Assembly: GCF_009834535.1 (NCBI RefSeq)
Contig: NC_045697.1
Coordinates: forward strand, 41,542,001 to 41,606,000
DNA length: 64,000 nt
Direction: 5' to 3'
From: Camelus ferus
Lineage: Eukaryota
Part shown: positions 27,425 through 41,300 of the stretch, piece after piece
How the letters are laid out: every line of letters starts with the position of its first letter
Numbering within the stretch: position 1 is the stretch's first letter
Made by a program: the position numbers and the translations under genes
Notes under the pieces: generated by a model
Databases searched by the model: none
What the model was told of the DNA's origin: nothing
The model's input: only the letters and a program-made list of their open reading frames with translations

Positions 27425-30400
27425 ATAAAAACTGTGGCATGTTTAATGCATTAATGTAGAGGGGTGCTGTGCTCACCCTGCAGAGGGAGGACAGACACCC
27501 ACCCCAAATTTAACTTGGATGTTGAGACTAATGATGTCACACACATACCAAGAGGGTATGAAAATGCTTATTGCTCATATAACGGAGCTTTCTGGGGAAA
27601 GCAGGGCATGTGCCGAAGCAGATCTAAAAATGGCATGAGAAAGCAGGGAGCAGAGACTGGCTTAGGAGTTTATCATGGTTAAGGGACGGGGCCAGGGTGG
27701 GAGTTTCTTTATGCCTGGCCCAGGGCTTGTGTGATTTGAACATCCCACTGCTGCCAAAGCAGGGAGAACCTGGGGCTTTCTTATCAGCTAGGGCAGAAGT
27801 GGGGCAGAAGTGCAAAGGGGGAGAGGAGGGAGGCTGGAATAGGGGAGGCCACCTCCTCCTGCAGTAGGCTTTGCCCGGGCTTGGCTCTGTCCTGTAGCAA
27901 GGAAGCCTCGTGGCAGTGCTGATCTTGCAGGGTGTGCTTCTGGGACCCAAGGCATGAGGTTCGTGCTGCTGAGTGTGGAGGATCTTGTACTCAGGCCCTG
28001 TGAGAGCCTCTCTTCTAAGGAGACTGCAGAATGCTTCCAGCAAATGCCATTCTGATGGTATGTAGCTGAGGAGGGCAGTTTCTTGTATCACAGTCCATGT
28101 GCAATTTATGTCCATTATGGGTGGGCCAGAGATTCCAGGGAACATGAGAGGAAGTTTCCAAATAAAGCCTTCTTTGTAAAGAAGGCTCAAGGAGGCAGGG
28201 GGCACTAGTGGGTGTGCCTTCTGTATTCCAGTTTGGACAGTCTAAGCCTTTTGTTGTAGGAGGTCTCATTTGCCGTGGGCTAATTTGTAAGGAACAGCAT
28301 AAACGGGCTTAAGTAAAATTTGTAAATGAGGAATATGTTGCCTCCTGAATCCAGGAAGGTCTAAAAGATGCTGGGCTTGCTTTAACACTGTGAGTGCTGA
28401 AGTTTAATGACTGTTTCTGGATAATGTCAGGGATGGAGTGACCCTTGGCTTACCAGGTAGTTTTCAGGGATTTAACTGCGGTGATGGGGCCTTGTACTAT
28501 GTGTGGGGCAACCCCTGTCCCTTTTTTGTGAGCTTTTATGAATGTTTGACTAAGTGTGTCAATTGGATCTCCTTGGAGGAGGATGTCATCAGTGTGATTA
28601 ATATTTGCTCCTGGAGAAAGTTGGATGAAGTTTAGACCTTGCCGCAAGGACTGTGTGTCATGGCAGAGCTGTTGAAGTACTCAAGCAGGGGTAGCCAGGT
28701 AAGGGTACATTATGTGCCTGCAAAGGTGAAGGCAGACGGTAAACTGTGACTGAGAGGCTGCTGAAATAGGCATTGAAGAGAACATGTTAACGAAATCTAT
28801 AATAGCAAAATATATAGCAATGGCTGATGGGCTGGAATCAATCATTTCAGTAATAGTGAGTGTGGGGACCTTAATGGGCGAGGCCACAATGTGAAGTTAC
28901 TGTAACCCATTAGGAGGTGCCATTCATTCTAGGTTTAAGAAAAGGCCCAGTTTGGCTGTTGATGGAGGAAGAGTGGCCATTATCACCCTTTTTTTAATAT
29001 AGGTCTTATAACAATTCTTGAAGGGGAAGGTGTGGAGTCCCTTTTTATCAGGCCAACTGCAAGGACCAAAGGCTTAATTTAATTTTAATTTATCACTCAT
29101 TGGGTCAGAGTATCCACAGTCACTATGGGAGATTTTAGGGCCATGGACACCGTGGCTATGGGAAATTTAGGCAAGGTAGTAGTTCCTGGGGGTTGAGGTA
29201 AGGCATAGACATTTATCTCTATTTTATGTTTTGTAACTTTCCTATGACTATAGATGGTACTCTGTTTAAATTTAGTAGGATTCCCAGGTTTAACTGGAAT
29301 TTGAATCCCAGAATTGATTGAGGTTATGAGAGTTTGGCAGTTGGTGCATTTCAATAGATGTTAAATTTAATTCAGAACCTACGTGGCAGAGGCATAAAAG
29401 CCAATCAATTCCCTTTTATCTTTTTGTTGTATAAATTCTTTTAACGAAATTTGGATTTCCAGTCCAAGTGTGGCCTTCTGTTTCAGTTTTTTGTTTCCAT
29501 CTCCTGTATGAGTTTGTTGTTGTTTTGTTGCTGTTGGGTATACCTCAGTAGGAAGGAGGTCCTCTCTACACTGCTCATATTTATGTTTCTTCTTCCAGAA
29601 GCCTCATATCGGTATCTTAAAGATGAGGGTTCTCTTCTATGTCAGTGTTTGCTTTATAGGGTTGAAGGAACTCAGGCTGATGTTGGGTGTGGACTCACCC
29701 CTTGGCTGTGTCAGGGGGGACTCATGGGTGTTTTTCTCTATAATCCTAAGGGTAAAGAGCTTTGTTGTTGATAGAGGTATAGGCAGCAGCATTAGCAAAG
29801 GCAGCTTAGAGTGTCCTGGTTTTAGCCATGTGCTTTTATGAGTGTGACCTCAGCATGCCACACAGTAACTGCTTTTCCTCCACACAAGAGACCTCCCAAG
29901 GGGCCTGCATGTTGTAGAGGATACGAGCCTTTCTCCTGAGCACTCTAAAGAAGAGGCCAGTTCCTCGGTGAAACACAGACCCTGAGCCTTGTGTCAGCGG
30001 CAGTGTGTGTTAGAATCAAGACACATGACTGACAGATAGGTCCAGGTCCAGACACGTGATCCACGGCCACTCGAAGGAGGGCCCCGATTCCATACTCCTG
30101 TCCTAAATGCCAACTTGTGAAACTTCAGATGGTGGTCAGTTGAATCCATAACAGAAGCTTGAGAAGACTCAGCAAATGCAGGAGGAGAGATGGATCTCCC
30201 ACCCAACATTTGCTTCATATGTCAAGACTGATGATACCATATGTGCACCAAAAAGGTATGAAAAGGCTTGTCACTCACATAATGTGACTATCTAGGGGGA
30301 ACAGACAGGGAAAGGCTTCCTAAGCGGGTCCAAAAAATGGGTTGAGAGAACAGGGAAAGGAGACTGGCTTGAGATTTTATTGTGGTTCGGGGTGGGGCTG

Positions 30401-30585
30401 GGACAAGGGTTCTTGTGTGCGTGGGTCAGGGCTTGAGTGCTTTGAACTTCCTGAAGTCACCAAAAGAGGGAGCATCTGAGCTTTCTTAACAGCTTTCCCA
30501 GATGTTGAGCAGGAAAGGAGGGGGAAAGGGGAAAACTGGAAAACGGACATCAAACATCAAAAATGAAATCAGACTCTGTATTACA
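27425..30585 (-). mobile_element. ERVL-class provirus remnant with two LTRs (5' LTR ~30116-30585, 3' LTR ~27425-27840)
   Basis: Two diverged direct repeats share ggtatgaaaa, gagactggctt, cagggcttg and gctttctta.cagct. RT remnants lie between them. Confidence 0.85.
28250..28930 (-). pseudogene. Frameshifted retroviral reverse transcriptase remnant
   Basis: YFAIIDFVNMFSSMPI resembles the RT motif IDLxNAFFSIP. NHTDDILL corresponds to the YxDD motif. VQGPITAVKSL resembles IQGPxxSVKFLG. Confidence 0.82.
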
Positions 30586-31749
30586 AGAGGGTGGGAAGGA
30601 ACTGCATGTGTATTTCTAAGTGGCCTCTTTTGGTATTTGAGGTATGTCTGTTTATAAGGAAATGTTGGGTGTCTCATTTTTATGTAAATTCTACTTTGTG
30701 TTAAAAACCATGCTGAGATAACCTTTCTTGCTTTCTTTTTTAATCCCCAAATTTTATGTTATCTGATACAGAAATTTAATAATACTGATTTACTGAGTCT
30801 ATTATTAGCACTGCAGACTTTAATAACTATTCTGTATGTCCAGTTCAAAATCATCAACACCATCTGAATTTTATTGTGTTCTCATACAGAATTCATCTAG
30901 GAAGTCAGTCAGCTGGAATGGGACATGAGCAAATAAGCTTCTCATTTTGGACAGTTACTATACTTTATGACTTATCATGACCATAGTGTGTAAATAGTTC
31001 TTAAAAATGTCAAATGTCAAACTGAACCAGTGGGCTCATTCAGTGAGATTTCTCATAAGAGTGTTCTCATTTTCAATTATGTGGATGAACTTGGTCAGCT
31101 CTTGCCTTGCAGTCTGAAGTTGTGGTTTGGCATCATTCTCTTAGAAGTTGCCTGTTGGCATGGATCTTGTAATATACCATTGTCCTGTACAGATAGAATG
31201 TAAATTTAATGAAGGTAGGAATTCTTCTATGTTTGGTTTGTTCATTGCTGTATCCTCAATGCCTTAAACAACGCAATAATAGCTACTGAATAAATATTTT
31301 AATTGAGTTCTTTGACAAGACGTACTTTTTACTCTTTGATAAGAGTAAAAATAATTCATTGTAATTTCAATAATAATAAGCCTAATTTCAATTTCAGAAT
31401 CATGATATCCCTCAAACAAAGAGTACCACGGTGATTTTTTAAAAAATAATTCGTGGAAGGCATGTTTTTTGGGTGATTGTTTAAATATATTGAGCCAGGT
31501 TAGAAGGAATCATAAGTAAAGCAATTTGTTAAGCTTATATAATCACATATATAAATTATGTTTATTTGGCATATTTGATTTTAAGGATATAGAAATCTTA
31601 TATGAGCCAAAAGGACAGGCTGTATATTATAGTCAGTCTTTAAGGGAACTAGATTTGTAAAGATTTACGTTAGATTCTCTTTCTTTTTCAGGGAATGACA
31701 TGATCTTCTTGTCTTACGGTTTCTTAGTTTCCATTTTCTCATATCACTG

Positions 31750-32040
31750 GAAGTATTGTGCAGTGGATAAGAAAAAGGAATCAGATTGTTAGGGATTGAA
31801 TTTTGGTTTTACACAAATATGTGATTTGGGGCAAGTTAGTTACCCTCCATGTGACTCAGTTTCCTAATTTGTAAAATGTGGCTAAAAGGAGTCTCTACCT
31901 CATAGGGTTATTGTTGAAACCCTATGAGATAGATAATATTTCAGTAACATTGTTATTGAAAATTAAATGAAATAATGCATGTAAAGTATTTAGTGTAGTT
32001 TTGGGTACATAGGGTAAGTGCTTAATAAAATGTAGCAAAT
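31750..32040 (+). mobile_element. MIR SINE with internal fold-back
   Basis: gggcaagttagttacc...ctcagtttcctaatttgtaaaatg...acctcatagggtt. Confidence 0.85.
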
Positions 32041-33019
32041 ACGAAATTTTAGTGATAACTAAACTGTATTGTTATCGTAGTATGTGCTTTCTTCTTACAC
32101 TTCCATAGCCTCATTTTAAAACACAACTTATTCCTTCATTTAACTTAAACAGTCTCTTAATTTTCCAATTCCAAATTTTCAAGACAAAAAATATGGTTGA
32201 CGCAGATGACAATTTTGAGCCAGAACACAAGAGACTTCATGTAGCTGTCTGTCCTGGGTCAGCCCAGTCCAGTCAGCTGTGATGGTGGAGGTGGCTCAAA
32301 AGGTACAAAGTATGGCTGCTTGGACAGCTGGGGCTATGGGCCTAAGGACCAAAATCTCTACATATGCAGTTATATATATCTACAAATATTCATGTGTATG
32401 CACTGCTTGTTTTTAAATAATTGCCTAGATCTACAATGAAACAAGATTGTAGCTTAAGATAAAGAGGCTATAAATATATTAGATTTGCTTTGCCAAGTCA
32501 GGGTAATGTTGTTGTCTTTAACTGTTGGGATCCTTGGAATGCACATAAAAATCACGGAAATTGACTTTAAACTGAGTAACAATAACCTCAAGTGCTTATA
32601 TATTATATGTCTTTACATTTCTTGGTGTAAGGAATCAGTGGCAAATTGAATCTTACTGCAGAAGAGCTACTCTCCAACTTAGAGAATTCAGCAACTGAAA
32701 ACTGATAAGAAATTGAATAAAGTATGTTTTAGAGGATATTGCAACCATAAAAACATTATACCTTTATTTTTCCTTAAAAGTAGTTTTATTAATCAGGTAG
32801 ATTCCTAAAGATTGGCTTGCCATTAGGCCTAGAACTCTACGAAGTACACAAACATGTTAGGCTTAACTGCTTATCCTCAGTGCTCAGCACAAGGATTGGC
32901 ACATAGATAGTACCCAGTACATGTTTGTTGATTGAGTAATGAATGAAAATTTTCAATACACAAATTACCATATGGCTATTTAACTGATGTATTGAAATAT
33001 GCTTCCTAGAACAAACAAT

Positions 33020-33235
33020 ACTAGCATTCATATGGAACAACAACCCCCTGGATAGTCAAAGCAATCTTGAGAAAGAACAAAGCTTGAGCCATCACACTTA
33101 CAGATTTCAAAGTATATTATAAAATTATAGTAATAAAAAAGTATGATGTTGGCATAAAAGTAGACATGTAAATCAATGGAACAGAATCGAGAGCCCAGAA
33201 ACAAACCTGTACATATACGGTCAACTAATATTTGC
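33020..33235 (+). mobile_element. L1 ORF2 fragment
   Basis: aaagcaatcttgagaaagaacaaagc...caatggaacagaatcgagagcccagaaa. Confidence 0.88.
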
Positions 33236-33779
33236 CATGCATATCAGGTTTTCACTTGTAATAACACAGTTTTCCTGAGTGGGCATGGTTAAGGCTAGTC
33301 TTGAAGTATCACCCCTTGAATTACTTCCAAGGACTGACTCATGTAGTTATTTGGAGTGATAGATTAAGCGGTAAGAAACTTGGCAAGTCACTTTGGCTAA
33401 ATGCCTCTATTAGTCTTTTCTACCCTGTCGTTTAAACTTGGCTCCTGGGATAGTTGAGATAAAGGGACTGTCTACAAATTCTTTAAACTTATCTGAAGTA
33501 AATGCAAATCCTTTGTGAGAAATAACAGTGTCTCATTATCCACATATAGCAATGGACTGTCTTCAATATTCTATATCATCAATTGTCAGTAAATATGTAG
33601 GGCAGATTCTTTTACAGCTTTTGCTAAAATGTCAGTCTGCATTTTTAGCAATATATTTTTTATTACTATATCTATTTTCTTAGCAAAAATACCCTCTCTT
33701 CTCTAAAGCGACTGTATATCTCAAAAAGAAGCATAAGAATTGAGCATAACAGTTATTGAGCACTTACTCTGTTCCAGGC

Positions 33780-35402
33780 GCTGGATTGCTCTTCTGATTA
33801 GATCCTGAGTCTGATCTTTAGCTTTTTTTCCCCTCCAGCTGCAAGAAATGAGAATCCCTTCATATGCTGTGAGGGAGATCCTCTGATTTGCATACTTGGT
33901 CACTACCCGATGATTAATCACCTTCCACCTTCCATTGCTTTTCTCAAATACACTGACATTTCCTAGCAGTAGCCTTTTGATCCCATGGTTCTTAAAAAAA
34001 ATTACATTAACATTTTATTTTAGAATAGTTTTGGATATACAGAAAATTTGCAGACAGCTCAGCGAATTTCTGTATATTGTTGACTCAGTTCCCTCTAGTT
34101 GTTAGCATCCTACGTCACCATGATATATTTGTCATGTTTGGTCATCATGTTTTCCTAGACTTCTCTGGTATGTGAATAGTTTCTTAGACTTTCCTTGTCC
34201 TCAATGCTTAATATTTTTGAGGCAAACTGGTCAAGTTTTTTTTTTTTTTTCAGAATGTCTTTTGATTTGGGTTTGTCTGATGCTTCTCTTGTGGTTAGAC
34301 TGGGGTCAGAAGTTTTTGGGAGAAGCCCGCAAAGTTGAAGTGCCATTCTCATCACATCATATAGAAGGTGCATGCAATCAATATGACTTATCACTGATGA
34401 TTTAACCTTGAACACCTCTTTGCGGTAGTGTTGGCCAGTTCTCTCCACTGTAAAGTTACTTTTTCCCTCCCTTTTCTTGTATACTCTTTGGATAAGTCAC
34501 TAAGGGAGTTCATTCTGAGGGGTAGGGGGTGAGAAGGTGGAGTGGAAGTTAAGTTTCACCTCCTAGTTGGGGGGATATCAACAAATTATTTTGCACCCTT
34601 CTGAAGAGAGATTCTTCTCCCCTGTTTATTTGTTTAATAATTTATTTATACCAATATGGACTCATAGATATTTATTTTATGTTTTGGGTTACAATCCAAT
34701 AGTGGATTATTTATTTTGTTACTTAACTTGTTTCCCATTTGGCCATTGGGAACTTTTTCAGGTTGGCTCTTGTATCCCTTTGGCATTCCCTTATTCATAG
34801 CACGTTTAATTATGATGGCCCTTCAACCTCTCAGGTGTCTGAGATATTGCACCTGCTGGTGCTTTCATCCCAGGTCATCACCTGTGAAAGTTGTAACACA
34901 TATTCCGCTACTGCATGCTACCTTATTACTAGTGTTGGGATGGTCCTTTCCGGACAGATTATGCACATCTAAATTCCCACCTTAAAGTTGGCTTCCCAGA
35001 ACTATTCCTGGTATCAACTTTTCTAGGTTGGATTCCTGGGAAACATATTCTGATCCAGAGGGCAATTCGTTGCGGGAGGCTTTTAGGAAGACACCTGGAA
35101 GGAGGTGGGGAAAGCATCATGGACAGAGCTCAGCAACAGCAGTGAAATTGCAGCAGAGGCTTCAGCTGATTCCACGGGTAACTGTGAAGTTGAGATGACC
35201 CTACAGAGAGGTCTTTAGTTAGGACAAAGGGTGGATGTGTTGGCAGGGGCTGGGATCATACCCTGATTCGTTGAGAAAGGGGTGTAATCTTTGGCAGAAA
35301 GCTTCCTTTAGCAGTGGACCAGTCCTGAGAAAAGGCTTAGCTGTGTGAGATGAGTGGCTCAGTCATGAAGAGGGAAGCTGGGCATTGCAGTAGCGGCCAC
35401 TG
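33780..35402 (-). mobile_element. LTR16/ERV3-16-like 5' LTR (~35019-35402) plus internal gag remnant, split by an L1
   Basis: LTR16-like ctaggttggattcctgggaaac...cttcagctgattccacggg. PBS-like TGATACCAGGAATAG (35002-35016, minus). ILISCSWRGKKAKDQTQDLI resembles ERVL gag. Confidence 0.65.
34003..34797 (-). mobile_element. L1MC-like 3' fragment
   Basis: ttttattttagaatagttttggatatacagaaaa...ggtttgtctgatg...tttggccattgggaac. Confidence 0.8.
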
Positions 35403-38400
35403 TAAATGAGAAATGTGCCCGCTGGTTTTATTATCTGTAGATATGCTTGGTTATTGCAGCCTCTATACTGCCTTATTTGCAGCATAAGATAAATGAGCAA
35501 GGTAGACATCCAATGTGGCTTTTTCCTCCACTCCCCCATTTTGAACTCTTCCCGTCAAGCCACTGACCTGTAAAATCCAGTGACATGCTGGATGGCATGT
35601 TCTTGAAGCAATTTCTCAGGATTTACATCTCCACACTCCTCTTTAGTTTGATCCCAATCTGTTACCATTTCTTGATTTTGCCTCTCTGGCTTCAAACTGG
35701 ATTTTCTACGTTTCTAGGCTTTTCCTTGGAGTTGAACCCTGACTGTTGCAACCAGTTGGCATTTCCTAATCCCTTCCCACTCAGACTCTATCCCAGCTGG
35801 GTGAACTGAAGTCTATTTTCAGGTAGGGGAAAGGGAGAACTTCCCCAAACATGTTCATTGGAGAGAAAAATGATACAAAAAATAAAAATGTTAATCCTAA
35901 GGTGTTCCTTCAAAAGTCCCTTATGTTGTGAGACAATTAAGACACAACTGAATCTATTGAACATATTTAAAATTTACAGAGAGCCTAGAGATTGAGACAG
36001 AAATAAATTTAAAATAAACAAAAAGAGATGTTTGCCCAGATCCAAATATTAAAATGCTAGATAGAAATGCCATAACAAATACAGTATATTAGGCTGAAAA
36101 TGTCACTTAGAAGGAAACTAAAATATTGTGTTTATTGTTAAGAAATAATTGTAACATTTTGAACTTGCTTTTCTAACTCTAAACACAAATAGAGTTCAAT
36201 ATGTGTACATACATTTCCTTCTAAATACCAGCCAGTTAATTATATGATCGATGTATGTAAAGGAAGAGAAAACATTCCTCTGTTGCTTTTCGTGTGTTAA
36301 TACTAAGTAGAATTTAAGGAAGACTCATAACATCACTGCCCCTTCTTTCCTACCTCCACTGAGTCTACTTGTCAAAATGTAAAAGCTTTGTTATTGTTTT
36401 CAAAAAGAGATGGACATGGTTCATGACTTACAATTTTTTGAAATCATATTACTCCTATAATGGTCTAATATTTCTCCATGTAGCCCATTATTCAATTAAA
36501 AAACATAGAGTTTCAAAACTTTAGTATATTGTCAACTTTGACATTTGTTTTTTTGTTTGTTTTTACTATGGATGAAGCATTTAGCATGAGTAGCTCTTGT
36601 AAGTGATGGCTAAGTACAGGTCAGCTTTCTAATTGCTTTTTTGAACTTTACTTTTTGTTGTTGTGACATTTCAACTTATGAACTATCATAGATGAAATTG
36701 AACCAAACGAATTTAAATGGCATAACATTTGTTTTGTCAAGAGTCATATTAAAATGCCTTTTGATTTGTTTACACATTTTTAAACAAGCAGTTTTACTGA
36801 CATTTATGTAGCACACATTTTAAAGTAGGCTTTTTAATGCAACTCAGTATATCATAATTTACTTAGATTGGATGTGGATAAAATTTCTAAATATAAGGTT
36901 TGGAGAAGTGTGTGCAGTTTTATGTTGTAAGATTAGATGGTACATTGTTATTTATATATATATTTCTGAAAAAAATATTAAAGCAATTAATTTGTTATAA
37001 AAAGCACTAAACCGGGAGCCTTGTCTGTAGATGATTTTCTATAGATGTTTGTTCTCTTCTCCTCACTTCATTTCATGATCTGTAATTTGCTTTGATTTAC
37101 ACTAGCAGGTAATTAAAACATTTTGAATGCAAGAATATTGATATTCTACTTGAAGAATATAAAAGATTTTTATGTAAATAATTACCTGAAGAAAAAAAAA
37201 TCTTCAAACTGTCAATTTAGTTATTATTAAAGAAATGACCTTCCTCTAAAAGGTTAAGTGTTACTCGGTTAAAATTGCTAACCATCTTTTTGATAATCAC
37301 AAAACACTAATATTATATATTTCTATATTTCCTGAAATAATGGATGTATTATTCTTATAAAAATATTCTTTTAAAGTATCCACTGCAACTAGGCTCAAAG
37401 AAAAAATTGAGGGAACATTTGACTTTATGTGAACTTATGGCTTATTCTGCTTGAAGCTTTGGGTTGTGATAGGAGTTTGTGTTGGCAATATCACAATTAT
37501 CCTCCTTTTCTTTCTTCACTCTGAGGTGTTGACTAATGTGAAGAAACCATTATGTTGCTAAATGAAATGAGTACCTTTTTACATTTGTGATTCCTTAAAT
37601 TTGTGCTTTACTTTAGCATTTTAAAAGATTTGTCTGGGCAAGATAGGATGTGTGTGCTAATTACCCCTGCAGTAAGGGGCTAGTCAGAGAAATCTGGCCT
37701 GCAAACCAGCAGGTGAAGGAGACATGTGCTTGTGAAGGACAGCAGTAGGAAGAGGAAGTGGAGGGGACGGAGAGGTTATGGATGAAAAGAAAGGATGCTA
37801 AACCTTGTGTCTGGGTGCTTTGTGTGGTGATAAATATGTTCCTGTAAGAAGAGTTGGCTTGGAGCCCTGGAAGAAGCTCCTTCCATTTCCATCCTCCTTC
37901 GTGCTTATCTCTACTTCAGAGTTTATGGTTAATTATTTTTACAAATCATTTCCCTTCTGCCCTCTTCACTCCAATTCAGTTGCTAAGTGACTGGAAGATA
38001 AAGTGACCTCTGAATTTATTCTTCTCATTATATTGTTAGATTTTTCCACATCACTTAAGGGATGGATTAGTTCATTGTAAGTTCAACACGTTTCAAGGAT
38101 TCAAGTTGACATTTCACCTAATTAATAGCCCCTGTTGGCCTAGTTGTTCTGGGGATGCATAATTAGAGCAATAATGCTACTTGTTCAGTAGAATTAAGAT
38201 TTCCTTTTGCCTTTTAAATTAATTACCCGAAAGTTTATTTGCTTTTTCTGGCTTAAGGCATATTATTATGCCCATCTGTGTTAAAATAAACATTTTTAAA
38301 ATCCAGCCTTAGAAAAGTTAAAAAGTACTCTAAACATTTTGAACTCTGAGGATTTAAAAATAAACCTATATATAGATATGGAATTTTAACTTTAATGGGA

Positions 38401-40429
38401 CTTCCTTAAAGGCAATAATTGTAACATTTTATCTTTGAATGCTCCACTTTTTTACAAGGAGTCCCCACTATAGCACCTGACATAAAGGAGATACTGAATA
38501 TGTACATATATTTTTCATTGACTTCATGTGATAGGAATTTGAATTTTCTTTTTAAAATGAAGCTAATATTAAAAATGGTTATCCGTATTATAAATAATTC
38601 TGACTAAACATCAAAACAAAAATACAAACACTGTCTATTTTTGCTCTTTGGGATTTGTAGTCTGTGTGTATTTACCCTTTGTGATGTGAAATGTTATTCA
38701 CTTATCAAATTGTGTATATAAAAACACATAGCACCTACTGTATCAAAGCACTCTACTCTATGCTTTATAAACATTACCTTATTAATGTGGAATCACTAAG
38801 GAAAAAAACACCATCTTTTCCCTCAGGTAACTATTTTAGAAAAAAGACCATGTGTAATTCACATGCACGCACGTACAAACCTAGAAATGAGAGTGGGTGT
38901 GTGGAGCCTGCAGACATTAGATGCTGAGGGTTCTGTGTGTAGACTGATGGCTCTGGTAGTACATCTGGTTTCCTGAGTAACTGAGGAGCTGTGTTTCATA
39001 CCTCTTGATATTTAGATGGAGAAATGTCTTGAGAAATGCTGAGGAAAAAGTTGATGAGGCAAAGAACGGTGGTTTAAAAACCTCACCTGAGCAAAATCCC
39101 TTTTGTGATAGATAATGAGATATGAACTGATGGTGCCTGCTACACCCATTAGAACTAACTTAAGAAAAATTTTATTAGTTTTACAAATTACAAGGATGAT
39201 GAAAAAATCCTGTTTCTCTATGTTAATATAATTATATACAGGATATTTTGGTGCAGGTCCCATGTACATTAATTTTAGGAGCAATTAGAAGAGAAAAAAA
39301 AATCAATTCCTGAGAGGCCATTGCTAATATATTTTAAATGTTTGCTGGCCAACATTTTGAGAAATCTAATCTGTGTTTACTGCATAGCATTTGGGACATT
39401 TGGGTTAAAGTCCTTATTGCCTTGCTGATGTATGAATCTGGAGAATTTCCTAGCCATTTACCATTAGGCTTCAAGTTTCTCATCTGTGAAAAGAAGTTGC
39501 TTAGATGTTTGCTATGTTTCCTTTCAGTTCAAAAGCTTTGCATCTGTTATTTTACCATAGGCTGTGGTAACATTTTTCCTTATTAAAAAGATGTAGTCTT
39601 CATTGTAAAACTGGAAAATACATGAAACACAAAATGATAATATGTGCATATTTCTATCTCTGTAAAACTATATTCATATCTGTTTAGTTTTTAAAAGATT
39701 GGGGGCATATTGTCATATATTTTGTTATGTTTTTCTACTTTACAATATATTGTGAACATTTATCCATATTACTTAATAATGGTTAAATGGAATTATGTTA
39801 TATGCTTTTACAATAATTATTAATCAATTTTTATTGAACATTTAGTTTTCCAATGATATTGCTATAAATAATGCTGTGGTGAACATTCTTATAGATTAAT
39901 CTTTGTACAGATACTTGACTGTATCTATAGCATAAATTCTTAGATATGGAATTAATTAAATCTTAAATGCATTTTAAAGCAGTTGAATACCTTGCTGTCA
40001 AGCTATTCCCAAAACTGAACCAATATTTACTGGTAACATCTATTGATTCATTCACTAAATATTTGTTTAGTGTTATTTTATATTGGGTAACATGAATGAA
40101 GTACTGAGAGAAATGGATATCTGGGAAGAAGAGGGCAGGGTTGGTCTGTTTCTCTGCATTGAATATTTATCATAAAAAGACTTCCATAATTTGGTAAATA
40201 AAATACTGCCTTTAAAAATTTTTTTGCTATTAAGATCGAAATGCTTTTTTAAAAACTTAACTTTGATATCCATTTCGTATTAAGACTATTTTGTTGTACT
40301 GACTGCCTTGCTTGGTGTCTGTCTCTCTTTGGTGAAGGAAGGTAAACTCTAATATTTATTAGTTCTCTAACAACTGGTTACAAATCACAGTTTTTGTCAT
40401 CAACAGTAGAATTTTTCTTATCAAAATTA

Positions 40430-41300
40430 GAGAACTTTACTTTCCATTATATGTTAGTGATAAACTGATCTTTTTTTTGTTTGTATGTTTTTTGTTCTTA
40501 TGTTGGTTCTATATTGTTTTAAATCGACTTATTTCTAAAATACCATTTTCTTTTTCCTACTTTAATACTTTTTTTTATGCCCATCAGTCTTCCTTCAGTC
40601 CAGTTGTTCTTTAAAGGGGATTCTGATTCTTATCTCTAGTTGCTTTTAAGATTTTATCACTGTGTTGGCTGTTCTATAGTTACTCATAATTTTCCTGGGC
40701 ATGGATTTATTTTTATCTATCCTGCTAAGGACTTAATTATGTTTTTCAGATTTTTAGGAGAATTAACTGTCATTATTACTTCAAATATGCCCCTTGCCCT
40801 TTCTATTTATTTACTTTGTTCCTTCTGGAACTTCCATTATATTTGTTTTGCATCTTGTTACTGTATCGTCTGTGTCTCTCAATCTTTCATATTTTCCATC
40901 TCTGTGTTATTCTTGTGAGTTTCCTTTCAGTTTATTAGCGCAACTGTTTCTGTTTAACCTATTAGGCTTGTAATTCAAAAGCTACTTTTCCCACAATTTC
41001 TACTTAAATGAACTTCCACAAGTTTATTTTCAAATCTGTCCATCTTTCCTCTTACCATAGTGATATCTTATTTCTTAAGGCATTTATTCCTTATTCCCTC
41101 TCTTTAATTATCTTACTGACTCCCACATATGGTCTTTCCAATTGTTTTTCATCATGTCGAAAGTTCTTGTGGTGATATTACTTCTTTTTTAGTACCTGAT
41201 GATTCTCACTTGTGGTGTTTGCTTCCTTTGTGATATTTCTGGAAATTTGTGATTCATCTTTTGGTTTCTTATTTCATTTCTGGTACCTGGTAACTTCCTG
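40430..41300 (-). mobile_element. Old L1/HAL1-like ORF1-region fragment
   Basis: T-rich; ttgcttttaagatttt...ggatttatttttatctatcctgct...cattattacttcaaatat. Confidence 0.5.

Noticed and set aside
27458..27464. agaggg as the ERVL TSD (matches 30586-30591)
   Set aside because: LTR-LTR similarity continues to the left of it, so it is not at the element boundary.
27624..28205. Longest ORF (193 aa) and the other ORF-track entries as genes
   Set aside because: They lie in repeats or low-complexity sequence with no recognisable protein, apart from the decayed RT, gag and Tigger fragments.
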